DNA of 45,667 bases, taken from positions 13,677,516 through 13,723,182 of the forward strand of contig NC_057750.1 of the NCBI RefSeq assembly GCF_004010195.1. The letters are read 5' to 3'. The position numbers and the translations under genes are program-made. Of the stretch, positions 10,161-21,769 are shown one piece after another. The first letter of the stretch is position 1, and every line of letters begins with the position of its first letter. The notes below the pieces were generated by a model. It was not told the DNA's origin. It did no database searches and saw only the letters and a program-made list of their open reading frames with translations. This DNA is from Chiloscyllium plagiosum (taxonomy: Eukaryota).

Positions 10161-10458
10161 ATTTTGGCTACAAAGTCAGAACAGAGGAACTGGGGATATA
10201 GGGCCAGGATTGAAACCTACCTTGGTCAGAAAGAGCAGTCACTGAACAGCGGCGAGTAAAGAAATGGAGACAGACCACATGAAAAAGTAAGATTTTAAGA
10301 AGCAGGATAGCAGAGGTATGTAGTGTTTGAAGGTGAGAGAATAGCAAATGAACCGAGAGAGTCATATAGGTCTCCAGCATGGATACAGGCCCTTCGGCCC
10401 ACCATGCTGCCCAGAGATTTTCCCCTTTTGAATAAATATGCTACCAATGCTGAAATTC

Positions 10459-10875
10459 TCTGGATATAGGTTTGCTCGCTGAGCTGGAAGGCTCCTTTCC
10501 AGATGTTTTGCCACCCTACTTGGTAACGTCCTCAGTGGGCCTCCGGGCGAGAGCACAGTACATCATTCCTGCTTTCTATTTATATGTTTGAGTTTCTTTG
10601 GTTTGGTGGTGTCATTTCCTCTGGTGATGTCACTTTAAGAGTGGGAAATGACATCACAGGAAATGACATCACCGCAGGAAATGACATCTCCAACCCAAAG
10701 AAACCCAAACATATGAATAGAAAGCAGGAATCATCAGCAGTTCTTCGCCCAGAGGCCCACTGACGATGTTACCTAGTAGGGTGACGAAACGTCTGGTAAC
10801 GAACCTTCCAGCTCAGCGAGCAAACCCACATCCAGAATCTCAACCTGAGCCACAAATCTTCTCAAAACTCGCTGG
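10459..10875. mobile_element. Penelope-like terminal repeats as an inverted pair (second family)
   Basis: 10459-10636 is the reverse complement of ~10660-10836; hammerhead-like core at 10760-10793. Confidence 0.8.
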
Positions 10876-11168
10876 AATTCTCTTTTCAGTTAAATCACCA
10901 TCCAGAAACCAAAAAGACAGTTTAGTGTTTGCATTCAGTCTTGGTCCATGCTCTAACCATCCAATGCACATTAAAGGTGTTCCTTTCTACCGGAAAACAC
11001 CCCGGATGTCCATGCTGTGTGCCATTGCAATCGCAGAGAATGCTGGAGAAACTCAGCAGGTCTGGCAGCATCTGTGGAGAGAGAGAGAGAGAGAAAAACA
11101 GTTAACATAGAGTCCGGATTAATCTACTTTGAAACTGTTCTGAAGTGGAGTCATACTTGACTCAAATG

Positions 11169-12108
11169 TGTTTTGTACCAGACCAGACCCCCTCACAATA
11201 TTTTAAGAAGGTAGCCTAGACCCTAACTTGTTCTTATCTTGAAAGTAGATGGGAAGTGCCTGATGCGACTGGTCAAATTATTCAACGTTAAGTGAAACAC
11301 AATTAACTTAAACACTATAATTAGAATACAAACAAAAGAAAGAAGAATTTAGAATAGATTACTTACAGTGTGGAAACAGGCCCTTCGGCCCAACAAGTCC
11401 ACACCGACCCGCCAAAGCGCAACCCACCCATACCCCTACATTTACCCCTTACCTAACACTACGGGCAATTTAGCATGGCCAATTCACCTGACCTGCACAT
11501 CTTTGGACTGTGGGAGGAAACCGGAGCACCCGGAGGAAACCCACGCAGACACGGGGAGAACGTGCAAACTCCACACAGTCAGTCGCCTGAGGCGGGAATT
11601 GAACCCGGGTCTCTGGCGCTGTGAGGCAGCAGTGCTAACCACTGGGCCACGGTGCCGCCCACTATTAACTTAACGATTGGAAAGCTTAACCAGGTAATAG
11701 ATACAGTTCCCATCACTAATTAACAGTAATGGCCCATAAACACACTGTTTGGCAAAAAGGTAAATTCAGACACAGATTCTCACAACATGGAAAAAACATC
11801 GAGAAGAAATTCAGAAGATGTAGCAGCTAAGAGACATCCACTGAGGCACCCAACTCTGTTCAAACTTCAAAGGCTTCAGCTTAAAACTAAACCTAAAAGA
11901 TTTAAAAAAGACCCAGAAAGGCTGGTCTGTGAGAGCTGGCCACACCCAGGCCTGCTGGTTCAATTGTTCCAACTTCAAAAAAAAACACCCAAGGCTCTGA
12001 AATTGTTTATTTCCTTACAGACAGCTCACTGCCTCTGCCTTTACAACCTCTCTTCAAACAAAAAAAAACCAGGACAAAATAACCTCTTAAAGTGACAGCT
12101 TTGTCACG
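11169..12108 (-). mobile_element. Solo LTR (Gypsy-like) inserted in a PLE terminal repeat and itself carrying an HE1 SINE
   Basis: TG...CA-like termini (right end reads CG); flanks AATG/AACG fit a 4-bp TSD that splits GACTCGAAACGTTAACTCT; left end is similar to the reverse complement of the 3' end of the LTR at 12401-13130. Confidence 0.65.
11352..11661 (-). mobile_element. HE1-type V-SINE, young full-length copy
   Basis: Complete head, V-domain and tail; CpGs retained. Confidence 0.93.
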
Positions 12109-12400
12109 AACGTTAACTCTGATTTCCTCTCTCTCTTTCTACAGAAAGGACTGCCTGAGTTTCTCCAATGTGCTCTGCGTTTGTTTCAGATTTCCAGCAT
12201 CTGCAGTATTTTGCCTTGACTGCTGTGCATTGCTTTCAATTCGCAGAGTAACCAAATGTTTTTGCCACTAGGGTGCCAGGCTTCCCTCCTTCGATGACTC
12301 TTTTCAACTGGGAGGGGCTGCACTCTTCAAACACAACAATTAGGGACTGGAGTAGGCCATTCAGCCCCTCAGAGGCTGCTCTACTTGGCAAGAATGAGCA

Positions 12401-13130
12401 TGTTTATATGACCATGCTGCTCCTTTGACAAGGTTATGTTGTCCATGGTCTTTTCCTTCAGAGGGGTCGCAAAGGCAGAGGTTCTGACATGTCTGGAAAT
12501 ATCTACTTAGAAAAGCTTTTAAGTGTATTTTAACCCAGAGAAGCTGCTGGGAAACTCCGAGAAGCTGCTGGGAAACTCAGAGAAGCTGCTGGGAAACTCA
12601 GAGAGGCTGCTGGGAAACCCAGAGAAGCTGCTGGGGACTCAGGGAGGCTGTTGGGAAACTCAGAGAAGCTGCTGGGAACCCGGAGAGGCTGCTGGGAACT
12701 CAGAGCCACTGCTGGGAACCCAGAGAAGGTGCTGGGAACTTGGAGAAGCTGCCAGGAACCCAGAGAGGCTGCTGGGAAGGTTCTGCTCCATGCTGATCCT
12801 CTCTCTCTCTCCCTCTCTCTCTCTGACATCCCTCCTGTAAGAACCTGTGTTTCATTTTACCAATGTTTTGCCAAGGGTGTTTATGGAAGTCGTTGGAACA
12901 GCACCAATTCAGTTGCGATAGAGTCGCCTGGGTTTTCAGGTAGGTTAGGTTATTCTAAATTCAGTTCTCTTTTGTTTGTGTATGAATACATTCTGTTTAA
13001 ACGTGAGTGGTTGAGTCAGCTGCATCGCTCCTGGAGTATCCACTATACACCTGCTTAACACAACGGGAAAAGCTAGGGTCTGGGCTGCTTGCTTGAAATG
13101 TTTTGAGGGGGTCTGGCCTGGTCCATAACA
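12401..13130 (+). mobile_element. Solo LTR with an internal tandem array
   Basis: Starts TGTT, ends CATAACA; 3' end TAGGGTCTGGGCTGC..TTTTGAGGGGGTCTGGCCTGGTCCATAACA is related to the elements at 11169 and 40025; no TSD found. Confidence 0.6.
12533..12780 (+). repeat. 20-21 bp minisatellite (AGAGAAGCTGCTGGGAAACTC) x ~12
   Basis: Direct tandem units; they produce the spurious EKLLGNS repeat ORF. Confidence 0.95.
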
Positions 13131-13272
13131 TTGATAGCTTCAATTCCACTTCCCAGTCTGTACCTCGTAATCCTCGACTTTCTTATTGATCAAAAACAAA
13201 TTGAACTCAGCCCGAGCAAAACTGGAATCCATGGATGTTAGGAACAAACCCTCTGTTGGTTGGAGTCAGAGC

Positions 13273-13790
13273 TGGCACGGTGGCTCGGTGGTTAGCACTG
13301 CTGCCTCACAGCACCAGGGAGACGGGTTCGATCCCAGCCTCGGGCGACTGCCTGTGTGGAGTTTGCACATTCTCCCCGTTGTCTGCGTGGGTTTCTTCCC
13401 ATAGTCCGAAGACGTGAGGGTTAGGATGGATTAGTCGGGGGCAATGTTGAGCAAGAAGGTAGAGGAATGGGCCTGGGTGGGTTACTCTTTGGAGCGTTAG
13501 TGTGGACTTGTTGGACCTAATGGCAAAGTTTCAAGATTAGCGTGGCGCTGGAAAAGCACTGCAGGTCAGGCAGCATCTGAGTAGCAGGAAAGTCGACGTT
13601 TCGGGCAAAAGCCCTTCATCAGGAATGAGGAGAGGACGTTTGTCCGAAATGCCGATTTTTCTGCTTCTTGGATGCTGCCTGACCTGCTGTGCTTTTTCGG
13701 CACCACACTCTGATCTAGACTCTGATCTCCAACATCTGCAGTCCTCACTCTCACCTAATGGCCTGTTTGCACGCTGTAGGAATTCTATTA
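13273..13790 (+). mobile_element. HE1 SINE interrupted by an inverted PLE terminal-repeat pair (13525-13752)
   Basis: TSD ACCTAATGGC at 13515-13524 and 13753-13762. Confidence 0.85.
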
Positions 13791-14260
13791 GGAGGATACT
13801 GTCGGAAAGATGTTGTTAAACTAGAAATGATGTGGGAAACAATTTACAACGATGTTGCCCCTCTCACCTTAAACTTATGTCCTCTAGTTTTGGACTCGTC
13901 TACCCTGGGGAAAAGACCTTGATATTCCATCCTATTCATGTGTTTTTATAAGATCAGCCTCTGATGTTCCTGGGGAAAAAACGTCCAGCCTTTTCAGCCT
14001 CAACTGAAACTTCCAGTCTCGGTCACATCCTTGTGAATCTTTTCTGCACCCTTCCCAGTTTAATAACATCCTTCCTATAGCAGAGTGAGCAGAACTGTAC
14101 ACAGTATTCCAAATGCAGCCTTACTAAAGTTATCCACAGCTATAGCATGGCGTCCTAACCCCTGTCCTGAATGCTCTGACCAATGCCACTGACCAAGTGT
14201 GCCAAATGCCTTCTTCACTACCCTGTCAACCTGCAATGCCACGTTCAAGGAACATGTGCA
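13790..14260 (-). mobile_element. CR1/HER1 LINE fragment, mostly minus strand with a short plus-strand piece at the left
   Basis: Similar to the reverse complement of CR1 ORF2 3' copies elsewhere in the window. Confidence 0.75.
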
Positions 14261-14554
14261 CTGATATGAGGACCAGCTTTGGTCACTTTGGTTTAGGGGT
14301 GATTGTCAGCAGTGACCCCCTAAAGAACTTCCCCTCTCTCTCTCTCTCTCTCTGCACATTGTGCCCCCTTGATTGTTTTTACCTGCTGTGTGAGGCTGGG
14401 TTGGCCATTGGGGTTCAGAGACGCCTCAGCAACTGCGTGGGACTCCCTGATGGGAGGGATCAGCCTGGGCTGCAGGTTTGGGCCTAGTTGAAGTGGCTTG
14501 GAAACCAGGGGCCTTTTGACCAATGGGTAACACAACTGAGTGAGAGTGGATTGG

Positions 14555-15105
14555 GACATTGGTTAGGCCACTGTTGGAATATTGCGGGCAATTCCGGTCT
14601 CCTTCCTATCAGAAAGATGAAACTTGAAAGGGTTCAGAAAAGATTTACAAGGATGTTGCCAGAGTTGGAAGATCTGAGCTATAGGGAGTGGCTGAACAGG
14701 CTGGGGCTGTTTTCCCTGGAGCATCAGAGGCTGAGGGGTGACCTTAGAGATGTTTAGAAAATCATGAGGGGCATGGATAGGATAAATAGACAAAGTCTTA
14801 ACCCTGGGATCGGGGAGTCCAGAACTGGAAGGCATAGGTTTAGGGTGAGAGGGGAAAGATTTAAAAGGGACCTAAGGGGCAACTTTTTCACCCAGAGGGT
14901 GGTATGGAATGAGCTGCCAGAGGAAGTGGTGGAGGCTGGTACAATTGCAACATTCAAGAGGCATTTGGATGGGTGTATGAATAAGAAGGGTTTGGAGAGA
15001 TATGGGCCAAATGCTGGCAAATGGGACTAGATTACGATATCTGGTAGGCATGGACGGGTTGGACCGAAGGGTCTGCTTCTGTGTCCTGTACATCTCTATG
15101 ACTGT
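14555..15105 (+). mobile_element. CR1/HER1 LINE 3' end
   Basis: KLERVQKRFTRMLPEL..LGLFSLE..LRGDL and RGERFKRDLRGNFFTQRVVWNELP; CTCTATGA tail. Confidence 0.92.
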
Positions 15106-15144
15106 ATAACTCCCCCTCTGCAATTTTCTTTTCAGGTCACCTTG

Positions 15145-15442
15145 ACCTCACAGCCCCAGGGTCCCAGGTTCGATTCCAGCCTCGGGCGACTGTCTGTGTG
15201 GAGTTTGCACGTTCTCCCTGTTGTCTGCGTGGGTATGCTCCGGAATCCTCCCATGGATGTGTAGGTTAGGGTGGATTGGCCAAGCTAAATTGCCCCATAG
15301 TGTTCAGGGATGTGCAGGCTAGGTTGGTTAGCCACAGAAATTTGGGATTACGGGATAGGGTGTGGATGGGATGCTCTTCAGAGGGTCAGTGTGGATGCAA
15401 TGGGACAAATGGCTTGTTCCCTCGCTGCAGGGATTCTATGAT
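15145..15442 (+). mobile_element. HE1-type V-SINE
   Basis: B-box GGTTCGATTCC, partial V-domain and tail. Confidence 0.85.
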
Positions 15443-16904
15443 TCCCAACCCACGTACTCGACCATCTAAAATCACAACGGGCGGCAGACATTGTAACGCC
15501 ATCACCCTCAGAGTTCCACTCTGGGCCAAAATCCTGGAGCTCCCTCCCTAATGGTGCATGGACCACAGCAGTTCAAGATGGTGGCTCACCAGTGCCTCCT
15601 TCAGGGCAATAAAGGGGTGAGCGTTAAATGTTAGCACATCCCCTGATGGTGTTAAAAATTGATTAGGATTTGCAGCAACAAACACATTTGGGTGGGGAAG
15701 AGATCGGGTGACCGTGATTATTTCGGATTTGTTGGCCTAACAGAGTGAACGCTCCCACATTAATGGAAACACAGTCCATACACGTGGAATTCTGCAGTTC
15801 CGAACAACATGGGGAGGGAGGGGGAAGCTGATGGAACCTAGAACGTTCTAACAGGACTAGACAGAGTAACCACAGGCAGGATGCTCCTGATGACCATGGA
15901 TTCACAGACTAAGGGTACGTTTAGGACTGAGATGAGGGGAAATGTGGGAAGTGGGGGAATTCTCCGCCACAGAAAGTGGTTGAGACCAAAACGTTGAATG
16001 TTTTCACGAAGGGGATAGATATAGTTCCAAAGGGATTAAAGTGAGGAAGTGGGAACAGGGGCCTGAGATGGATGATGAGCCAGGATCATGTTGAATGGCA
16101 AGGTAAGCTCGAAGGGCCGAATGGCCTCCTCCTGTTTTCTGAGTCTCTATTGCGCCGTTCTGCAAGATGGACAAACACAGCGCTCTCGGGCTCCATTGTG
16201 GGTTCGTGATGTCTCACTGTAATGTTGCATCCCTGGGCTCGTTCCCAAAAAAATGCAGCCACCGTTTTAACCATGCTGCGCAAAGCTCGCATTGGTGGGC
16301 CCTCCAACGCGCCCATACGCTTAGATGAAGGGCTGCCCAATGGCATGGAACTTTAACTCACCCCCAAATGGATCGAGCATGTCCTTTGCCGAAGGTTTCC
16401 GATTCTCCAGGATCTCATTCTCATTCAGCTTGTGACTTTGGAATCCTGAGGGCAGAGGGCAAAGGGCAGAAGTATCAGAGAAAGGCCGAGCCATGCCCTT
16501 GCCGCAGTATCCTGCCCTGGTTATTGGAAGACCTCTATCTAAACCGTTTGTTTTCTGACTCGATGCCTCATGCTGGTCTCCTGGTGGTTGAGTACATTAT
16601 GATTATGGGCTTTGGTGGCTTCGTGATTAAAAAGCTTTTGAGTCACATTGACATTCCAATGTGAGATGCCAGAGGACGTTATAAACTCTTACAACCACGA
16701 GCCTCAAATATTCGAAACTTCTGGCAGGATTTACATGGCCTTTCCTTCATCACAAGATTGTGTACCAAGTCCCACTTCGCCCCTCACCCCTGTACTAACC
16801 GAATTGCATTGGCTCCCAAGTCAATCCACATTTTAAATGTCTCTTAAACCTTATTTTCAAATCCTTGCCCCCCCCTGTAAACCACAAATCTGTGTTCATC
16901 AAAC

Positions 16905-17225
16905 TTTAGAACATTAGAGCAATACAGCGCAGAACAGGCCCTTCGGCCCTCAATGTTGTGCCATCCTGTGAACTAATCTAAGCCCATTCCCCTACACTAT
17001 CCCATCATCATCCATGTGCTTATCCAAGGATTGTTTAAATCACCCCTCAATTTGTAGTTATACCTCCTCGTACAAGCTGACATCATCATCCTAGGAAAAA
17101 GACTGTCACTGTCTACCCTATCTAATCCTCTGATTATCTTGTATGTCTCTATAAAATTCGCTCTTAGCCTTCTTCTTTCCAATGAGAACAGACCCAAGTC
17201 TCTCAGCCTTTCCTCATAAGACCTT
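16905..17225 (-). mobile_element. CR1 LINE 3' fragment (different subfamily)
   Basis: LGLFSLERRRLRANFIETYKIIRGLDRVD on the minus strand. Confidence 0.85.
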
Positions 17226-18135
17226 TAACCATTTCTCTATCCCTGATTTCCAGTGAAATGCTTCCAAGGGTGTCCAGAGGATGTTGGGAATCTGGAATGC
17301 ATAATGTGGGAAGATAGCGGAGACCGGAACCTTTGAAAAGTATTTGGATGAGCGCCCGAAATACCAGAACCTTCAAGAATATGTCACATCGGGGTTAGAG
17401 CGCCTTTCGTGGTAGTTATTGTCAGTGCAGCCTCGATGGGCCGAATGAACGTTTTGGGTCTCGGTGACTCTCCATCAGAGCTCGATTAGGCTCTGTTTCT
17501 GTGCTGCCGGACTCTATGACTCCAACGCGGGCTGTGGATGAACTAAAGAGAGGGAGTGAGGACTGACTGATGTTACAGAGGTGGAAATACATGGATTTAG
17601 TGGCAGCACAGACATCAATCACAACTCATCGCTGGATCTGATGTGACGCCAACATTGGGAACAAGTTTGCTTCGGAACTTGGCGCAGTACAGCACAGGAA
17701 CAGGCCCTTCGGCCCACCACGGCTGTGCCAACCATGATGCCTTTCTAAGCCAAGCCCATCTGCCCGTACATGGTCTGTGTCCCTCTATTCCCTGACTGCT
17801 CACTGTGTCAAAATGCCACTTCAATTTTTCTATCACAGCTGCTTCCACCTCCTCACATTCCAACTGCCTGCCACCCTCTGTGTAAAAACAAATCTCAGTT
17901 AAACTACACCCCCCCCCACCCCCCTACACCCCCCCACCTTAAACCTATGCCCCTAATATGTGACATTTCCAAAAAGACTCGAACTATCCACCCTATCATT
18001 GTCTTTCATCGTTTTGTATACTTTGATCAGGTCGTCCCTCAGTCTCCGACACCGTGGTGAAAAAAACAGCGTGTTACCTTGAGGAGGGATGGAGTGGGTA
18101 AGGAGAGACTTTTATCACCTCACTCCCCAGTCATC

Positions 18136-19025
18136 TGTGTGAGTGTGTGTGTGTGCGTGTGCGTGTGTATGTGTGTGTGTGTGTGTGTANNNNNNNNNNN
18201 NNNNNNNNNNNNNNNNNNNNNNNNNNNNNNNNNNNNNNNNNNNNNNNNNNNNNNNNNNNNNNNNNNNNNNNNNNNNNNNNNNNNNNNNNNNNNNNNNNNN
18301 NNNNNNNNNNNNNNNNNNNNNNNNNNNNNNNNNNNNNNNNNNNNNNNNNNNNNNNNNNNNNNNNNNNNNNNNNNNNNNNNNNNNNNNNNNNNNNNNNNNN
18401 NNNNNNNNNNNNNNNNNNNNNNNNNNNNNNNNNNNNNNNNNNNNNNNNNNNNNNNNNNNNNNNNNNNNNNNNNNNNNNNNNNNNNNNNNNNNNNNNNNNN
18501 NNNNNNNNNNNNNNNNNNNNNNNNNNNNNNNNNNNNNNNNNNNNNNNNNNNNNNNNNNNNNNNNNNNNNNNNNNNNNNNNNNNNNNNNNNNNNNNNNNNN
18601 NNNNNNNNNNNNNNNNNNNNNNNNNNNNNNNNNNNNNNNNNNNNNNNNNNNNNNNNNNNNNNNNNNNNNNNNNNNNNNNNNNNNNNNNNNNNNNNNNNNN
18701 NNNNNNNNNNNNNNNNNNNNNNNNNNNNNNNNNNNNNNNNNNNNNNNNNNNNNNNNNNNNNNNNNNNNNNNNNNNNNNNNNNNNNNNNNNNNNNNNNNNN
18801 NNNNNNNNNNNNNNNNNNNNNNNNNNNNNNNNNNNNNNNNNNNNNNNNNNNNNNNNNNNNNNNNNNNNNNNNNNNNNNNNNNNNNNNNNNNNNNNNNNNN
18901 NNNNNNNNNNNNNNNNNNNNNNNNNNNNNNNNNNNNNNNNNNNNNNNNNNNNNNNNNNNNNNNNNNNNNNNNNNNNNNNNNNNNNNTGTGTGTGTGTGTA
19001 TGTGTGTGTGTCTGTCTGTGTCTGT

Positions 19026-19058
<33 letters not shown>
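18136..19058. repeat. (TG)n microsatellite spanning assembly gap 18190-18986
   Basis: TG repeats on both sides of the N run. Confidence 0.95.
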
Positions 19059-19213
19059 AGACTTAGAGGGGAACTTGCAGATGATGGCATTTCTGTGGAT
19101 GTGCTGCCTGTGACCTTGGGCCTTCTCGGTTTAGTTTGTAAGGTGCTGCTGAAGGAGACTCAGTGAGTTACTGCAATGCATCTTGTACATGCTGCTGCTA
19201 CTGTGCCTTTCTG

Positions 19214-19525
19214 AGGGTGGCTCAGTGGTTAGCACTGCTGTCTCACAGCGCCAGGGACCTGGGTTCGATTCCAGCCTCGGGTGACTGTCTGTGTGGAGTT
19301 TGCACATTCTCCCCGTGTCTGCATGAGTTTGCTCTGGTTCCCTCAAAAGGATGTGCAGGTTTGGGTGGATTGGTCATGCTACATTACCCATAGTGTCCAG
19401 GGATGTACAGGCGAGTTGGATTGGCCATGGGAAATGCAGAGTCACAGGGATGGAGTGGGATGCTTTCTGGAGGGTCAGTGTTGACTTGTTGGCAGAATGG
19501 CCTGCTCCCAAACTGTGGGGATCCT
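19214..19525 (+). mobile_element. HE1-type V-SINE
   Basis: A-box, B-box and V-domain. Confidence 0.88.
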
Positions 19526-19529
19526 TTGG

Positions 19530-19750
19530 TGGGTGTGGTGCCAACCAAGCGGGGGCTGCTTTGTCCTGGATGGTGTCGAGCTTCTTGAGTGTTGTTGGAG
19601 CTGCCCCGATCCAGGGGCAAGTGGGGAGTATTCCCTCACACTCCTGACTTGGGCCTTGTAGATGGTGGACAGGCTTGGGGGAGTCAGGAGTTACTATCTG
19701 CAAGATGCACAGCCTTTGACCTGCTCTGTGTTTATGTGGCGAGTCCAGTT
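19530..19750 (-). mobile_element. Second CR1-clade LINE family, RT C-terminal fragment
   Basis: WIGAAPTTLKKLDTIQDKAA; a very similar piece lies at 28670-28830. Confidence 0.7.
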
Positions 19751-19984
19751 TCATTTCTGGACAATAATAGCCATCAGAATGTTGCCATTATACATCAGCG
19801 TAAAATGGAGTCAAATCTGGTATCAAAGGAGAAAGAAAGATTTGATGGAGAGAGGAGGTTAAGAAAGAAAAAGGAATTATCCTTTTCAAAATCTCCAGGA
19901 ACAATTTCTCATCTGAAGAAAGGTGACCGCGCTTATTAAATAAAAACGTAAGAATGAGGAGTAGGGGGAGACCATGCAGACCTT

Positions 19985-20180
19985 GAAGAAAGTGAGGCCT
20001 GCAGATGCTGGAGATCAGAGTCTAAGAGTGTGGTGCTGGAAAAGCACAGCCAGTCAGGCAGCATCCGAGGAGCAGGAGAGTCGATGTTTCGAGCATTAGC
20101 CCTTCATCAGGAATCCCGATTCATTGACTGTCTTGCTCCCGGGATGCTGCCTGACTGGCTGTGTTTTTCCAGCACCACAG
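19985..20180. mobile_element. Inverted PLE terminal-repeat pair
   Basis: GTGGTGCTGGAAAAGCACAGCCAGTCAGGCAGCATCC followed by its near reverse complement GGATGCTGCCTGACTGGCTGTGTTTTTCCAGCACCAC. Confidence 0.8.
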
Positions 20181-20557
20181 CCCTTTGAGGCTGCTCAATG
20201 TACAGCCACTGGGTCAAACTCCCCTCCCTCAGGGCTTTGAACAGCAGGTGGACTGCAGCGGTTCAGCAAGGCAGCTCACCCCCACCTTCTCAAGGGGGCA
20301 ACTAGGGACAGGACACTAAATGTTGGGCCCTCAACATCCATGAATAATTAAAGTTCATTTCAATCGTAAACGAAAACCGAAAGATCCGCGGGTGCTGGAA
20401 ATCCGAAATAAGAACACAGCTGGGTGGAAATGCTCAGCAGGTCTGGCAGCATCCGTGGAGAGAAATCAAAGTTAGCGCCTCGAGTAAGGTGACCTGGGGG
20501 AGGGTCACCGGACACGAATCCGGTTTCTCTTCACAGAAGCCGTCAGACTTTTTTTTA

Positions 20558-20863
20558 AGATTAGATTCCCTACAGTGTGGAAACAGGCCCTTCGGCCCAA
20601 CCAGTCCACACTGACCCTCCAAAGAGTAACCCGCCCAGGGCCAATTCCCTCTGACTAATGCACCTAACACTACGGGTAACTTAGCATGGCCAATTCGCCT
20701 GACCTGCATGTCTGTGGATTGTGGGAGGAAACTGGAGCAAACCCACACAGACATGGGGAGAATGTGCAAACTCCACATAGGCAGTCAGCCAAGGCTGGAA
20801 TCGAACCTGGGTCCCTGGTGCTGTGAGGCAGCAGTGTTAACCGCTGAGCCACCGTGTCACCCC
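20558..20863 (-). mobile_element. HE1-type V-SINE nested in PLE terminal-repeat fragments (~20370-20900)
   Basis: SINE head, V-domain and tail; flanks read GATGC(C/T)GCCAGACCTGCTGAGC-type on either side. Confidence 0.85.
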
Positions 20864-21039
20864 CACGTTGAGCTTTTCCAGCAACTTCAGTCTTCGTTTT
20901 CAGTGTGATTGCGGCTGAGCATCTATCTTGAAGCCACGTTCCTACTTTCTCTGCGTACTCCTTGATGCCTTGACTATCTAAGGATTTACCAATGCCTCTC
21001 TTGATTAGGCTCGGGAGGTTGTTGTTTGGCCTTGCATTG

Positions 21040-21320
21040 CCATGCGCAGATTGTCAAAGGGTACTCACACGGCCAAGCAAATAGCAGGTTGCTGGTACAA
21101 AGTTAAACAGTTGCCTTAAAGAGTTAGTAGAGATCAAAGATCACTCTTTGGTTCTCTTCAGGATTGAAACTCGAGAACTCCTACTCAGAAGCGAAACGGC
21201 AGTTTTTACAGCGTGGGAAGTTGTTGCTGATTGGCCAGCAGGTACCGTGGGAACCGTGAGCTCTTGCCTATTACTTGCACAGCATCGTGTGTTTAATGAT
21301 CAATTCCAAACAAAAGTGCA
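21040..21320. promoter_or_regulatory. Candidate Notch/Wnt-responsive enhancer
   Basis: Repeat-free island with AGATCAAAG (21131-21139, TCF/LEF), CGTGGGAA twice (21212-21219, 21246-21253, RBPJ) and CTGATTGG between them. Confidence 0.45.
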
Positions 21321-21769
21321 GGTTTGAGGTGATGGGCTATTGGTGGGGAGCAGGGTCAATGAGTGAAATCTTTCTTAAAAAGTACAAAACACTGAACAGG
21401 TTCACCTCGGTGCAGATGGGTTGGACCGAGGGTCTGTTTCCGTGCTGTACATCTCTATGACTCCTGAAATGACTGGCCAAAACTTGTGCAGTATTAGCGG
21501 TGTTCCTCATTGAGATTTCAGACTGTTTTTTGCGTTGAAGTCCCCGTGGAAAAGGTGATCACGGAAACACAGGAACTGGAGTAGGCCATTCAGCCCGTTG
21601 AGTCTGTCCCACCATTCAATGGCTGATTGAACACTTCAATGCCTTTCACCCAGCCCGATCCCCAGACCCCTGTCTCCCATTGGGAATCAGAAATCTATCC
21701 AGCTCCACCTTTAACAGGCTCAAAGATTGGGCTTCCAGAGCTCTCTGTGAGAGAGGATTCCATTTCTCG

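Noticed and set aside
12523..13058. EKLLGNS-repeat ORFs; possible CRISPR-like array
   Set aside because: Simple tandem repeat with frameshifts, no unique spacers, eukaryotic context
17908..17938. C-run tract with minus-strand G-quadruplex potential (also 922-947 and 32645-32662)
   Set aside because: Low-complexity expansions, mostly inside repeat remnants, with no evidence of function
18079..19166. Long ORFs over 300 aa, and similar ones at 5211-6045 and 40241-40840
   Set aside because: Artefacts of N gaps and TG/GA microsatellites
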